64,000 nt of DNA, taken from the NCBI GenBank assembly GCA_030390025.1, contig CM059432.1, positions 145,268,001-145,332,000 on the forward strand, in the 5' to 3' direction. Below are positions 45,621-60,360 of the stretch, in pieces; the first letter of the stretch is position 1, and the number at the start of each line of letters is the position of its first letter. Position numbers and translations under genes: made by a program. This DNA is from Squalus acanthias (lineage: Eukaryota). Under the pieces are notes generated by a model. The model saw nothing but the letters and a program-made list of their open reading frames with translations. It had not been told where the DNA came from and did no database searches.

Positions 45621-48600
45621 CTAAGGACTTAAATATATGTTTACAGTGAGACAGGACCTGTTCCAAGTTACTATATTAAACAATTAAAAATGTAAAAAAA
45701 AATGACTTTTTTAAAAAGAGAAAGCCAGTTAAAATAGAAAAATTAATGAGCAAGAATCAACCAATAAAATGAAAAAATAGGCATTGCTTAAATAAAATGA
45801 TGTATATTATAATGTATATGCTACTGAAATGTATTGGTTCCATTTCTCAGGCACTGCGATTGGCAGCGGAGCACAACATTACAATTTATGCTCTTTGTTT
45901 TCGGGATGCAGGTGACACTGGCAAGGCCGCCTTTAGTGGCCATCCCTAGCTATCCTGAAAAAGTGCTGCTTCCTCCTGGAATCACCGCAGTCCTTGATCT
46001 GAGTCTGGAGCAGTTATTAGTTTTTATAACTGAGACCATGCTAGCCATTTCAAAGGGCCTTAAGTGTCAACCACATTTAGTGGGCCTGGAGTCAAATTCA
46101 GGCCAGACTAGGTGGAGTGACAGGTTCCCTTCTCTGAAGGACATTAATGAACCTGATTGGTTTTATAACAATCGGCACCTTTGATAATCAATTTATCTGG
46201 TGCTTGCTCATAAACTGCCATATCTATTGCATTCATGGTGGGATTTGAACCTTTAGATCTGGGTTGACCAATACCATAACTACTACACTACCATACCCAA
46301 TGGCACACAGTTTAGGCATATAATAGTGTAGGTATATAAGGTGTTACAATCACATATGGTGTATGACGGATAGTATTACAATCTCTTGTAGTGTAAGATT
46401 TATAATGTTACAATTGCACATTGTCGATGATCCATGCTGTGAGAATGGGAAACATTCATGGCGTCAGTATCCAAAATTCTGCTGGTTGAAAAGTAAGATT
46501 AATGAAGTTGGTCTTAACTCCCACGAAGAACAGATTATCATCAGCAGCTCTGCAACTCATGACTGCTGACAGTTAAAATTCCATTAAGTTCTGTAAGAGA
46601 CAGTACTGCTGAAAGTAAAGATTTTTTTTGCACATTAAAGGTTCGACATGATTTCAAAAATGTGTTGTTGGACGTCATTACTTCAAGATGTATTGGTAAC
46701 ATTGATCTTCATCAATTGTAGGACAGTAATATTCCTGTTGATAATAATCCTGTGTTGTGGAATACATCCTGAAGTAGTCTTGTTTCAGTAACATTGAAGG
46801 CAAGAAAGTTTTGTGGTAAGTAATAGTTGTGAGGAAACGGTTATAGTTTAATGTAAATGTAACCACTTATGCTGCAAGGCCTATCAGAATCAATCTATGT
46901 TTTGGACCCATTTGTTATCTGTGTAACAATTTCTAATCCTCCACATATGATAAAGATCCAAGTCGGCAAGTCCCAGGTATCTGTTCAATCAACAACATTC
47001 TGTATTTACATCGTGTTTGTATTGGGATCTCTCCAGTGGGCCTGTCAATAGCGGGGTCGAGTTCAGACAGAGTCAGCTGTTTATACCATTGACGGGGGAG
47101 TCAGACATTCAGCTTAAAATGCAAATTTTGTCAGTTTGATTATTTTAACATCATCTTCAGAATCTGCTTCCTAATTAAAGACAGTCCCACCGTACCCACA
47201 TCCTGATAGAAATCGCTTTCAGGTTCTACAGGACTTGAAGTTTTAGCAGCGTTTACGGTTTCACTTGAGAAGCGGTTCGAGTGCATGACAAAATGCAAAG
47301 GCTATTTTAAAACTCTTGCTTTTTATACAAACGTGGCCCCTGGTGACGGGTAGCGCAGGTGCACTGGAGGCGAGCTGCAATATCTTTATCAATGTGGAAT
47401 TGTGTGTTGCTGATCAGGCGTCACAGCCCATTAGACAGCGGTCAGATAATGTGTTCCAGTAAAAATATCCAAACCTCATGCTTTGAATGTGAAATAATTA
47501 AGTTTAATACATGTACGGAGCCTGGTCAAGGTTTGTATTTTCTGAGAAGTGGTAACCAGTGCAGCATCATGCTGTGTTCCAAAGTAAAACATACGGCTTA
47601 ACTCACTAACCCGGGAACTAAAACATCAGCATTTGAATGCTTGTTCCCTTTATTCAAGAACTTTTCCTAAAATAGGACAGTCCAAGCGCTCAGTTTCCCA
47701 AGCACTCTTCTGCTGCTCTAGGTGAGCTCAACCTGCGCTCCTTCTCCAGGCTCCTTGTCAGAAACATGTTACGCTCAGGATTAATGTATGACGATTTCAT
47801 TCTTACAGATGTGTTTAAAAATACAGATGGTTTTAAAGGAAACATGCTATATAGCACTGAATATCTTGCTGACTGGTAGAGAAAGACCTCATTTGTTCCA
47901 TTACACCTGCACTTTCGTATTAGTGCCATATTGGTTGTGGATTAAAACAGCCACACGGATAACCAAAGTACATGGAGATGCCCTGCAGAGTGCTCGCCAT
48001 AATGGACCAACAGTTGATCATTCTGTCACTTGTACATTCTGTTTTCTACTTTTTTTTAACAAATATTTTAACAAATGAATAATGCTCACAGGAGTCTTTT
48101 TAGTTAAAGGGCAGAAGGAAATGTCAGGATGATACCACCATTACAGGTTGTACCCGAGCCAGCCAAAAGCCGTTCTGAGTTCGCCAAAGCAAATATTTTT
48201 CTTAAATGCTTCCTGAGCGTTTTCTCTTTTTATTCAACAACAGCTGCTTACAGTCTGACTATTAAAGTGATTTCCAAAGATCTGGAGCAGGAGACCAGGC
48301 TGCTCTTCAGAGATTCCCATCACCAAGGGTTCATTGACCTCGGACGCACCTGTTCCCCACTACTTTTAAGTAGATGCAGGGCTGAATCTTGCAGGAGTAA
48401 AGAATGATAGAATATCAGCGGAAACTGATCTGTTTAGTGCGCTGAGCATTCCTGCCCCTGAAACATAGGGTTAAAGTACACCACTGAAAAGTTCGGGGGA
48501 GAAAAGGTCATTTACTTGTACATAATAGGAGAGCAGTGAGTTTCTCCGAGCACTCTTCTCCCTATCTTCCCTCAATTCTTCTCTCTTCCCACCCCCACCC

Positions 48601-48931
48601 TCAGCGCTTCAAGCAGCCCACTCCCAATTCAAGCTGGTACTCCCCCCACACCACGTTCTCCCCCCCCCCCACCATGCTCTCTCCCCACACCATGCTCTCT
48701 CCTCCCCACACCATGCTCCCCACACACCATGCTCTCTCCCCACACAATCAGAGTAGCTCTGTGCTGCTACTTTTCAATAATATTTATGCCTTTCCTAGAG
48801 GCTGTTTTTTTAAGTTGTGCAACTTCTTCCTGGACTCCCTCTGATCCTCAATATATCAACGCACAATCCATAAGGTCTGGGACATGTTGCTGTAATATAT
48901 GTGGGTAGAACAAATGAAGGACAGAGACATG

Positions 48932-49673
48932 GGCCCGAAAATTAGACCTAATACGCGAGAGTACGCACTGTGTACTCTCGCGTTTTAGGTCTCCAATTGC
49001 CGGTTTCCAGCATGCACTGCGCATGCGCGGGAAACTGGCACTTCGTGAACTCAAAAGGGAGCGGTTCCTAAGTGAACCGCGTGCGCGCTACAGGCTGCGC
49101 GCACGCAGTGCACTTAGTGCTTTAAACACGCAGGTAAGCATGGAAGATTTTGCACATAAAGAAAGGAGGCGTAAGACCCTCTTTTAACAAGGTAAGTAGT
49201 TAATTAAGTATTATTTTAAATTTTTTTCAACAGGTTTATCTTTTTTAGAGACTTTAAAGAAAGGTAAGTTTATTTTTATAACTTTTAAAAAGATTTTAAA
49301 TTTTTTCAAAAATTTAAATTTTTGTTTAAAGTGGTTAATTTATTTAACTATACTTATTTTATTAATGTGATGGCTTTTTTTTAAATTTAATTGAGGCTTA
49401 GCTGTTCTTTTGGGGGGTATAGATTCATAGCTTTGACAGGTCTTCCTGTCAAAACTATGAATGAAAGATGGTGTGCTGCCATTGGCTCTAACTGAATCAT
49501 GTGATCCCAGAGCTCGCACGAACTAACTGCGTCTCTGGCTCACGCAAGCACTGCACAGCTGCAGCCTTGAAACTAAAGTTCGTGTGAGCCCGGAGGGAAA
49601 AGGTAGGCGCGCAGTGAGATATCGCGGGGAAGCCTTACCCCCGCAGGAACGCTCCGTGTTTAATTTCTGGGCC
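48932..49673. mobile_element. Harbinger-type MITE inserted in the Gypsy LTR, TSD ATG
   Basis: Same family as 12527-13288; removing it restores the LTR sequence. Confidence 0.9.
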
Positions 49674-49889
49674 ATGATGAGTTGCTAGTTAATGTGCTTG
49701 TTTACTAGGCCAGAGCAAATTGTGTATGCTCATACTAAACCATGTGATAAACCATGTGATAATACATTACACTGCTTTTCCCTTAAAAAAAGTATGTATT
49801 CCCCTCTCAAATACAACAAAACTATGGTTCCAATTTCCCAGCATTACATGTACCACATAACAAAAACTCCTGGCTTTTTTTTTAAAGCA

Positions 49890-51742
49890 CTACAAATCCA
49901 GTTTAATAACAGGTATGCGGAGCCTTCCTGATCGCCTTACTGAAGGTTTTGGTGTTGAACCAATTTTCAGGCTGTTTTGTTTTGGTTCCAAACTCAAAGA
50001 AGTAGGTCCCACCACTCTGTTTCTCCACTTGATACAAACTTACTCACAAGACAATTCAGTACGATGGTTATGGAATGGTTTCAATTCTGTGTCCATACAC
50101 TAATCAGTCCATCCATTCAAGGTATTTTCATACACTCTTTCCAGTACTGAGTACTTTTGAGTCTCATCTGCAATCTCAGTTGCATTCATGGGAAAGCCTT
50201 TGTCAACTGCACCTAGCGTGAAAATAGCACCTTCACTCCCAACACGAGTCCTCATGTGGCAACCTGGGCAAGGCATCTGCGATTGCATTTTGCTTTGAAG
50301 TGCGATATTCAATTGTGTAGTCATATTGTGACAACAACACTGCCCAACGTTGCATTCTTGATCTGGCCATTGCAGGGATGGCAGATTTTGACCCCAATAT
50401 TGCTAAGAGCGGTTTGTGATTGGTTATCAGGGTAAACTTTCTGCCAATCAGGAACTGTTGGAATTTTTTGATTCCAAACACTATGGTGAGTGCTTCCTTT
50501 TCAATTTGCGTGTAGTTTTTTTCGCTCTTTATGAGGGTTCGCGATGCGAAAGCGATTGGTTTCACGTGGCCATCATCCATTACATGACTTGTGACAGCTC
50601 TTGCACCATAGCTGGAAGCATCACACGCTAACTTAAGCTCACGCTGTGTGTCGTAGTGCACAAGTAGAGCATTGCTAGAGAGACTTCTCTTATAAGCTTC
50701 CTGTTGTGCTTTTGTCCACTTCCACTGGACATCCTTCTTGAGGAGCTCGTGCAATGGAGCTAACATGGTCGCTAACTCAGGTAAGAAACATGTGTAGTAC
50801 TGAACCATTCCAAGGAAAGATCTTAACTCAGACATGTTCTGTGGCTTTGGAGCATCAACCTTTTCTTTAACTGCACAAAAGCACATTTTCTCCTTTTCAA
50901 TTTTACATTGTGAGCATTCAATCTTTAAAGCACTAAATCTAACACTTCTAGATTTTCTTCCTTGCTGCTTGTTGCAATCAGCACATCATCTTGATTGCAT
51001 AAGCAATTTGGAACTCCTTGCAAAATCTTATCCATTGTAGCCTGGAAGATTTTGGGGGAGGACTTTACACCATAAGGCAGCTTGGTGTATGAGTACAGTC
51101 CCTTGTGTGTGTTGATGATGAGATACTGTTGACTCTCTTTGTCAACATTCAGCTGAGCGTAAGCATGCGACAGGTCAAGTTGGAGAAAACCTTTGACCCA
51201 GAGAGTGCTGCATACAAATCTTGTGATGTAGGTAACGGGTACTGCTCATCGTCAATTGCTTGGTTGATAGTAACTTTGTAGTCACCGCACAAGCATACAG
51301 TTTTGTCTACTTTGGGGACTACCACAATCAAGGTAGCCCATTCACTTTTATCAGTTTTTACCAGAACTCCGTTCTCTCTCAGCTTCGCTAGCTCTTCCTT
51401 CACCTGACTTTTCAATGCATAGGGGACCGGCCTTGCCTTACAATAGACAGGCTTCAGGCTGGACTTGATGCGGATATGTGCAACATACCCAGTGATGTCC
51501 TCATAACTGTCTGTGAACATGCTTTCGTACTTCTTTAGCATTGTGTTGAGTCGTTTCTTTGAAGCATCTACACTGAAGATGTTTTTCCAGTCTAGTTTTA
51601 ACTTTCTCAACCAGTCTTTGCTCATGAGGATTGGCCTGTTATTGTTGCTCACTACAATAATAGGCAGCTTTACTGACTGGCCATTGTGCTGAACTGTACA
51701 TTCCATTTGTCCACATGTCTCTAGGATTTCTCCGGAGTAGGT
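49890..51742 (-). pseudogene. Gypsy pol remnants (RT, RNase H; integrase core apparently deleted)
   Basis: KARPVPYAL, CLCGDYKVTIN, LACDASSYG, YTQIEKEAL, QRWAVLL across broken frames. Confidence 0.85.
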
Positions 51743-52837
51743 TTATAACTCTACGGTACTCTTTGTAAGTGGTATTTGATTAAACTTACTCTCATATGTG
51801 TCTTTACTCATGATAGAGCAGTCCGCCGCCGTGTCGATATACGTATCAATATATTGCTCGTTGATCAAAAGTTTTGTACGGAAGTCTTTCTCACGACTGC
51901 TAGCATTGCCGCTAGTGGCATAGATACTGTAGATGCCTAGTTCTTCAACATCAGGTGTGTTCACTTCAATATTGTGAATTCCTCCCTTTTGTTCTCGCTG
52001 CTTTGCATTGCCACTAGACTGGTTCTTACTTCCTACTTTAGATCTAGCTCTGCAAGCTGTTGAAATATAGCCTTGTTTCTGGCAGTGAAAACACTTTGCA
52101 TTTCTGTATTGGCAGGACTGTGGTGAGTGATTTCCATTGCAGCGATAACAATTCACTGAACTGCTCTCACCAACATGCTTTTGACTTGGTCTCACAGCTT
52201 TAGGTTTGGTGGTGGCTTTGTGACTGTAGACCTCAGCTGCACTAGTCACTTGAGTTGGACGGAGCTCCCTAGCATTCTTAGATGCCATCTCCATTGATAG
52301 GGCAATTTTGCATGCTATGTCAAACGTTAGGTTTGGAGTGTTCAGTAACTTGGACTGTGTGCACTCATCCACCAGTCCACACACAAACTTACCTCGTAAC
52401 GCACGATCCAAAAATGTGCCGAAGTTACAATGCAAAGACAGGTTCTTAAGAGCTACAATGTACTCACTGATGGTTTCACTTTGATTTTGGTTTCTGGTAC
52501 CAAACTTATAGCTCTCTGCTATTTCTAATGGCTTTGGGTCGAAATGGTCCTCGAGTTTCTTGACAATGTCTTCAAACAACGCATCCTTCGCTTTCCCTGG
52601 TGCGAGTAGGTTTGTCAACGTTCCGTAGACATCTGGCCTGATCTCCATTAGAAAAATTGCTTTTTTACGTTCATGAATTACTTTATTCTGAGCTTGAACA
52701 TTCTCATCTGCACCTTCGGTCTCAATAATTTTATTGGCCTTAAAAAACATCTCCATCCGCTCAATGTAAGAACTAAATGGTTTCCGAGCTCGGTCATACA
52801 TGCCGAGGCTTCCGATGAATCCTGTAGGCACAGCCAT
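51743..52837 (-). pseudogene. Gypsy gag-protease ORF fragment
   Basis: CYRCNGNH...C and CFHCQKQGY knuckles; IDTAA protease motif. Confidence 0.85.
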
Positions 52838-54570
52838 GATTGTCCTGATTCCATTGAACAGTGACTCATGCTACCTGGGTACCTGTGAGAATCAACGTCG
52901 CTGTTGCTGTGTATACATACACACAAAGGTGAAGCGCAGACGATTCTGCATGAACATTAACAGTAAAACATTGCAAAAATTCAGTTTAGATGTCACAAAT
53001 TCACCTTAAACTTTTCCACTCGAAGGTTGAACACTATGTCCTTCCATGATCCCAGAAATGGCTTTGGGATCCCATTCTCGTCGCCAAAATGTAATATATG
53101 TGGGTAGAACAAATGAAGGACAGAGACAGGATGAGTTGCTAGTCAATGTGCTTGTTTACTAGGCCAGAGCAAACTGATAATACTCATACTAAACCATATG
53201 ATAAACCATGTGATAATACATTACAGTTGCCATGTGCCTTGTCTCCGGACCATGTTTGTGGGCCACTCTACCTGCCGAAAGAAGTCACCGTTTCTCTCTT
53301 GCAGGTTCGTTAAGAACCTGCAAAGCTCAGGAAATGAACTAGGTTTTACAAAACTGGCGCTGAATTACTGCATAACAACATCCCGAGATGCTTTGCAGAG
53401 AGGGAAGGAAAAAACTGATAAAATGAATAAAGGAATGGATGTCAAGCCAAGCTGAGAGGGTTATGGGAGACTGAAAGCCTGATCAAAAACATAGATTTTG
53501 AAAAGGTTTTTAAAGGTGGAGAGAGAAGAGTTGGGCGGTGGTGGAGGGCGGGGGTGGGGAGTGGGGAGTTTCAAAGTAAAGCACAGAAACAATTGGCACT
53601 GCACAGATTGAATCCCAAGACATTTTAACATTTACACAGGTTAAGAATTGCTAAAGTATCGTTACAGGTGCTTAGTGATTGGCGAGCTTTCTGTTGATCC
53701 CACCAATATAATCATGCTGCACTGAATCAGCTCATGGCAAAATCACAGGCACTCCTCATTTTGTTCCTGGGTTGTCCCAATTCATAGAATCCTCGAATAG
53801 TACAGCACAGAAGGAGCCCATTCAGCCCATTGTGCCTGTGCCAGCTCTTTGGTAGAACTATGCGATTCCTAACCAACGGGAGATTGGTTGAAAATGACTG
53901 TTTATGCCTCATCTCCAGAGCTTCAGTGGTCTCTTGCCGAGGTTACGGCAACAACCGGACAACACCCAGGGACATTCAAAGCCAAGCTCTTTATCAAAAA
54001 ACAAGGGAAATGTAGCCATGTATTCTATATTAGCTGCTACAATGGAAAATCTTGTATTGTCTTCATGTTTTGTGTAGGGCTGTTTTAAATTAAAAAAAGG
54101 GAAATGTCTGAAATGCCTACAAAGAACTTCTGTTTAATTGCCATTTTTTAAAAACAGCTTATGCCAGAAAGCAGGATACTGACATGTTGTGCAACTTGTG
54201 CAGTGTTATCTGCAGAATTCGAAATGTTGTTAGTTTCAAAGATCCTTTGGCTCGTGATCAGAGTCATCTAGTGCTCCGCAGGCCATTCTTGTAAATGGCA
54301 TTACAAGAATGTACTTTCCAGAACAGCAGGTCAAATGTAGAACTGCCAAACTGAAGCAATGGTGTTATGGGGCTGGAGGGTGGGGTCTGGGGGATAATAC
54401 CTTTCAGCTGTGGTGAACAAGGAAATCTTATTGGAACAAAAACCACAAAAACCATTGATAATGGTGCAAAATAATTTTGGAAAAGATTGATTGAGCTCGT
54501 GTTCAGGAGTTTGCTAGTTCATGTCCATGATCATAGATGCCATTTCATCCAGCTGTGTTAATGATCCTTT

Positions 54571-55870
54571 TGTTATGTGTGTTAAGCAGTCAACCTCCTT
54601 TCTCCTCTGGGCCACAACAACACGTTTCGAGTAAGCACGAGACTTCATAGTGGAGTATATGGAACAGACTTTACTGATATACAGTAAAGGTGATCAGTTT
54701 TAACTGCATACAGAGAGTGACTTTTTCGATTTCTGTATCTTTTGAGCCTTCTGACAAACTGTTGAAAACTATGCTCCTTTATACACGATATTTTGATTAC
54801 ATCAAAGGAAAATGTCATAGCTAAGCCTGTATGATATATCTATTTCCCAAATCCTTTGAAAACAGACTACCCATGTAAACAGTTTGCAATTGTTTACCTC
54901 ACTTCCCCTACACGAGACTTCCTGACGTAACATTTGCTAGCATCTTTGAAGTAAAAGCTATACCAACTGCTATCTGTAGCTAATGGATCTCTACCCATAT
55001 TTATTACCCTAAAACTAAGGTTTACCTTTTATTACCCTAAAACTAAACAGTAACCATTCATGGGTGACGTCATTACTAACACTTATTCCCTTATACAAGC
55101 ACTTTACATCTCAGAAAACAAGCAATGCATTCTTTTTACCACACTTCAAATTCATGCTGTTTATATCTTGGAAAGCCTGGAAGCCTGTTAATCCAAGATA
55201 CAAAGAAGTTCAACTGTTAACCCTTAACTCCCCAAGATGTCCAACATACATCTCTTCAGGATGTCCAACAATGTGCTAGAATGCTTAATATTATAAAAGC
55301 AATGTTATGACATGCAAGTGACTATGTTAAAACAATCTGTAGTGAGTCTGACAATATTTTAACATTTCTTCCTGAAGTGCAATATAGGTCAACTTTTATT
55401 ATATCGTAATAATAAATTTAATGGGGTTAAATGACAAATCCATCAATCCAGTCCCATCCTAGAACATCACAACACATCAAAATTCTTTGACCTTATATGA
55501 CTATGCAAGTCTTAATCAAATGACTGAATCAATCAGCATGAAATAAATGCACCCTTCCCTGTATGACTCTAACTTCTATAAATAACATAGCACAACATAA
55601 GTGTACATTCTCCTTTAATACAATAAAGTTCAAAGTGAACACAGCAATGTAATGTCCTCTTTGCTCACACCGTGCTTCTTCTAGGTGGCTATACATGCCT
55701 TTCTTGCTCCTATTCTAGTGCTTCTCCTAGGTACTACTAGAGGGCCAGTATTATAGGAGGTGGTTGGCTGCTCCTGTGGTACTAAAGGGTCAAGGGGCTC
55801 AGATAGCAGCTGGTCCTGGGAGGGGGCCGATGCTGGCTGCATCTCTGGAGCATCTTCCTGGGCAGCCTAG
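54571..55870 (-). mobile_element. Possible old LTR plus internal remnant
   Basis: TGTTA...TAACA bounds (~54571-55364), adjacent AGGAAGAAA purine tract on -, RRSTR-like integrase-tail motif near 55720. Confidence 0.3.
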
Positions 55871-57309
55871 TGTTGCCTCCTACATGCCACTGATGTGGTG
55901 CTCTGATTGGTTGTAAAGCGCTTTAGGAAGTCCTGAGGTCGTGGAAGGCGCTATATAAATGCAAGACTTTCTTTCTTTCACATTTGATAGTCAGTCTGTG
56001 CCGAGTTATCTGATCTTAGCCAAGGTGGTGAAATTTGCTTAAATTCATGTCCAAAATATTTTTACAAAATTGAATCTGAATAAAAGACTCATAATAAAGT
56101 AGCATTTTCATGAATTTTAAACTTCACAATCAGCAGGTAAATCTCAATGTGAGATATGAAGGCCATGGAAGCTATCATAGTCTTCCAACCTCCTATTGAT
56201 GCCATTATCATACAGTGTTGTGGTCACAGTACTAGGTGACAGGACTCCCTCATACTATGTACTGGTGTAATTGCCATTCATGATAGAAAATTATAGTGAC
56301 TTCAGCTCCCCACAAATAGAGTTAAACTATAGGCTGGCGGGTTACAAGTAACAAAATATTAACTACTGCTTTGAACTTTTAGATGTAGGCTTTGTAACGG
56401 AATCAGTGCTGTAGCTCTTACTGCAATACTTGGGCACTATTAGTCTGAACACTGTGGCCTGAAATTTCGATGGATTGTTAGAGTGTAAATTTGTTGGTCC
56501 AATGGGGGGGGGGGTTGGAATTTGGTGAGAAGAGAGGATCCACCAGTTTTATGTCCCATTTAAGTTGCACCCTAAGCTCCATCAGAAGTGTGTAAGATGC
56601 ACCTGTGCTGGCAAATGATGGGTTTAGGTCAGGATGATGTCTGTTATTCCTGCTCTAGGATGCGCCAATCTAAGATGTACCACAATAACAAGGGCAATTT
56701 AGAACAGCAGCTAAAGATAACTCATGCTGGATTCTTAAAGGTGAATTGCTGTGTTTCATTGTGGTGTTATAGTCAATCATTACATTGGTGTTGTCTTTTT
56801 GGAAAATTTCTTGCACTTTACTTTTGAGGCTTTGAGCTTCATTAAGACGTCTCCTTCGAGACTGTTTCTTGTTTGTGGAGGTGAAGATTGCAAAATATTT
56901 TTCTGCCATGGGAATTCCCCTCTTTATCATTTACTTGTTGGAGAAAGAGGAGGAACAGCAGGCAACCGGGAAGCCAAACTCAAGTCATATGGCTGTGATT
57001 CTCTGCAAGCATTTGTCTTTTCATGGCAGGACTCCTGAGCCCATAGCTTGAATGCTCAACACATTCAGAGTCAGACTTAAGCTTCCACTCAGGTACATCA
57101 CCCTCTGGCTTCCTTGTGAGTTGTGAATCACCGTGTTCAATTCTTTATCTAGACTATCTATATCACCCTGAGTTAACCTACCTGGGCTGGTGATTACAAG
57201 TGATAGGGTTCATGATATAGTGGGCTAATTTTGTTGGCAGTGCCAGATGTTGAAGGTTTTGACATTGGTTCCTTCTCTCTCTCTGCAGCATTTATCTTGC
57301 TTCCAGCTT

Positions 57310-60300
57310 AAGAACATAAGAACATAAGAAATAGGAGCAGGAGTCGGCCATTCGGCCCCTCGAGCCTGCTCCACCATTCAATAAGATCATGGCTGATCTG
57401 ATCTTGGCCTCAACTCCACTTTCCTGCCCGCTCCCCATAACCCTTGATTCCCCTGTTTTTCAAAAATCTGTCTATCTCCGCCTTGAATATATTCAATGAC
57501 TCAGCCTCCACAGCTCTCTGGGGTAGAGAATTCCAAAGATTTATGACCCTCTGAGAGAAGAAATTCCTCCTCATCTCCGTTTTAAATGGCCGACCCCTTA
57601 TTCTGAAACTATGCCCCCTAGTTCTAGATTCCCCCACGAGGGAAAACATCCTCCCTGCATCTACCCTGTCAAGCCCCATCAGAATCTTATATGTTTCAAT
57701 AGGATCACCTCACATTCTTCTAAACTCCAATGAGTATAGGCCCAACCTGCTCAACCTTTCCTCATAAGACAACCCCTTCAACTCAGGAATCAACCTAGTG
57801 AACCTTCTCTGAACTGCCTCCAATGCAAATATATCCTTCCTTAAATAACGAGACCAAAACTGTATGCAGTACTCCAGGTGTGGTTTCACCAACGCCCTGT
57901 ACAGTTGTAGCAAGACTTCCCTACTTTTATACTCCAACCCCCTTGCAATAAAGGCCAATATTCCATTTGCCTTCCTAATTACTTGCTGTACCTGCATGCT
58001 AACTTTTTGTGTTTCATGTACGAGGACACCCAGATCCCTCTGTACCGCAGCATTCTCTAGTCTCTCTCCATTTAAATAATATTTTGCTTTTTTATTCTTC
58101 CTACCAAAGTGGATAACCTCACATTTTCCCACATTATACTCCGTCTGCCAAATTTTTGCCCACTCACTTAACCTATCTATATCCCTTTGCAGACTCTTTG
58201 CATACTCCTCACAACTTACTTTCCCACCTATTCAGCAAATTTGGCTACAGTACACTTGGCCCCTTCATCCAAGTCATTAATATAGATTGTAAATAGTTGA
58301 GGCCCCAGCACTGATCCCTGTGGCACCTCACTAGTTACAGTTTGCCAAACTGAAAATTACTCTCTGTTTTCTATTAGTTAGCCAATCCTCTATCCAATCT
58401 AATATATTACCCCCAACACTGTGAGCTCTTATCTTGTGCAGTAACCTTTTATGTGGCACCTTATTGAATGCCTTCTGGAAATCCAAATACACTACATCTA
58501 CTGGTTCCCCTTTATCCACCCTGCTCGTTACATCCTCAAAGAACTCTAGTAAATTTGTCAAACACGATTTCCCTTTCATAAAACCATGTTGACTCTGCTT
58601 GATTGTATTATGATTTTCTAAATGTCCTGCTATAACTTCGTTAATAATGGATTCCAGCATTTTCCCAATGACAGATGTTAGGCTAACTGGCCTATAGGTT
58701 CCTGCTTTCTGTCTCCCACCTTTCTTGAATAGGGGAGTTACATTTGAAGTTTTCCAATCTGCTGGGACCTCTCCCGAATCCAGGGAATTTTGGTAGATTA
58801 CAACCAATGCATCCACTATCTCTGCAGCCACTTCTTTTAAAACCGTAGGATGCAGGCCATCAGGTCCAGGGGACTTGTCAGCCTTTAGTCCCATTAGTTT
58901 GCCTAGTACCTTTTCTCTAGTGATAGTCATTGTTTTAAGTTCCTCCCTCCCTATAGCCCCCTGATTATTAATTATTATTGGGATGCTTTTAGTGTCTTCT
59001 ACCGTGAAGACCGATACAAAATATTTGTTCAAAGTCTCTGCCATTTCCCTGTTTCCCATTACTAATTCCCCAGTCTCATCCTCTAAGGGACCAACGTTTA
59101 CTTTAGCTACTCTCTTCCTTTTTATATACCTGTAGAAGCTCTTACTGTCTAATTTTATATTTTTTGCTAGTTTACTCTCATAATCTATCTTCTCCCTCTT
59201 TATTATTTTTTTTGTCATCCTTTGCTGGTTTCTAAAAATTTCCTAATCCTCTGGCCTACCACTAATCATCACAACATTGCATGCCTTTTCTTTCAATTTA
59301 ATACCATCCTTAACTTCCCTAGTTAGCCACGGATGGTTCATCCTTCTCGTAGAGTCTTTCTTTCTCACTGGAATAAACCTTTGCTGAGAGTTATGAAATA
59401 TCTCCTTAAATGTCTGTCACTGCTTATCTACCATCTTACCCTTTAACCTATTTTCCCAGTCCACTTTAGCCAACTCTGTCTTCATACCTTTGTAATTGCC
59501 TTTCTTTAAGTTTAGGACACTAGTTTCAGACACCCTCAAACTGAATTTGAAATTCAATCATGCTATGATCACTCTTCCCTAGAGGATCCTTTATAATGAG
59601 ATCATTAATTAATCCTGTCTCATTATACATTACCAGATCTAAAATAAACTGCTCCCTGGTTGGTTCCACAATGTATTGTTCTGAGAAACCATACCGAATA
59701 CATTCTATGAACTCGTCCTCAAGGCTACCCTTGCCAATTTGATTTGTCCAATCTATATGAAGATTAAAATCGCCCATGATTATTGCAGTACCTTTCTTAC
59801 AAGCCCCCATTATTTCTTGATTTATACTCTGTCCTACAGTGTAGTTACTGTTAGGAGGCCTATAGACTACTCCCAGCAGTGACTTCTTTCCCATACTATT
59901 ACTTATCTCCACCGAAACTGATTCTACATCTTGATCTTCTGAGCCAATATCATTTCTCACCACTGCACTGATCTCCTTTATTAACAGAGCTACCCCACCT
60001 CCTTTTCCTTTCTGCCTATCCTTCCGAAATGTCAAATACCCTTGAATATTTAGTTCCCAGCCTTGGTCACCTTGCAACCACGTCTCTGTAATGGCAATCA
60101 GATCATACCCATTTATTTCTATTTGTGCCGTCAACTCATCTATCTTGTTACGAATGCTGCATGCATTCAGATAAAGAGCCTTTAATTTTTGTCTTTTTAC
60201 CATTTTTCTCTACTCTGACTCTATTTGCTGGTGCACTCTTAATTTTTTCCGCTCTGTCTCTTCCTGTCACACTCTGGTTCTCATTACTCCTATCACTACC

Positions 60301-60360
60301 CTGCACTATTGCCTTCTCCTTTCTCTTTGACTTTCTAAATTCCCCTTCACCTGAACCCTC
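57310..60360 (-). mobile_element. CR1 LINE, near-complete ORF2 (AP endonuclease and RT), disrupted
   Basis: YLNACSIRNK, IAITETW, VYRPP, MGDFN, SDH; KSPGPDG, QHGF, VYLDFQKAF; tail (AAGAACAT)n at 57310. Confidence 0.95.

Larger units (their letters stand above)
48891..53225 (-). mobile_element. Decayed Gypsy (Mag-like) LTR retrotransposon, 5-bp TSD GTTGC
   Basis: 5' LTR 53090-53225 (136 bp); 3' LTR 48891-49771 split by a MITE; PBS TGGCGACGAGAAT at 53086-53074; fragmented gag/pol. Confidence 0.9.

Noticed and set aside
46678..47880. Possible host exons in the unique-looking region (Tyr/Gln-rich ORF; acceptor-like TTCTCCAG near 47748)
   Set aside because: No recognisable homology or consistent exon chain; cannot be supported without a search.
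56455..57250. Possible old Harbinger fragment (GGCCTGAAATTTC end, acidic N-terminal-like peptide)
   Set aside because: Too degenerate; no matching TIR or TSD found.
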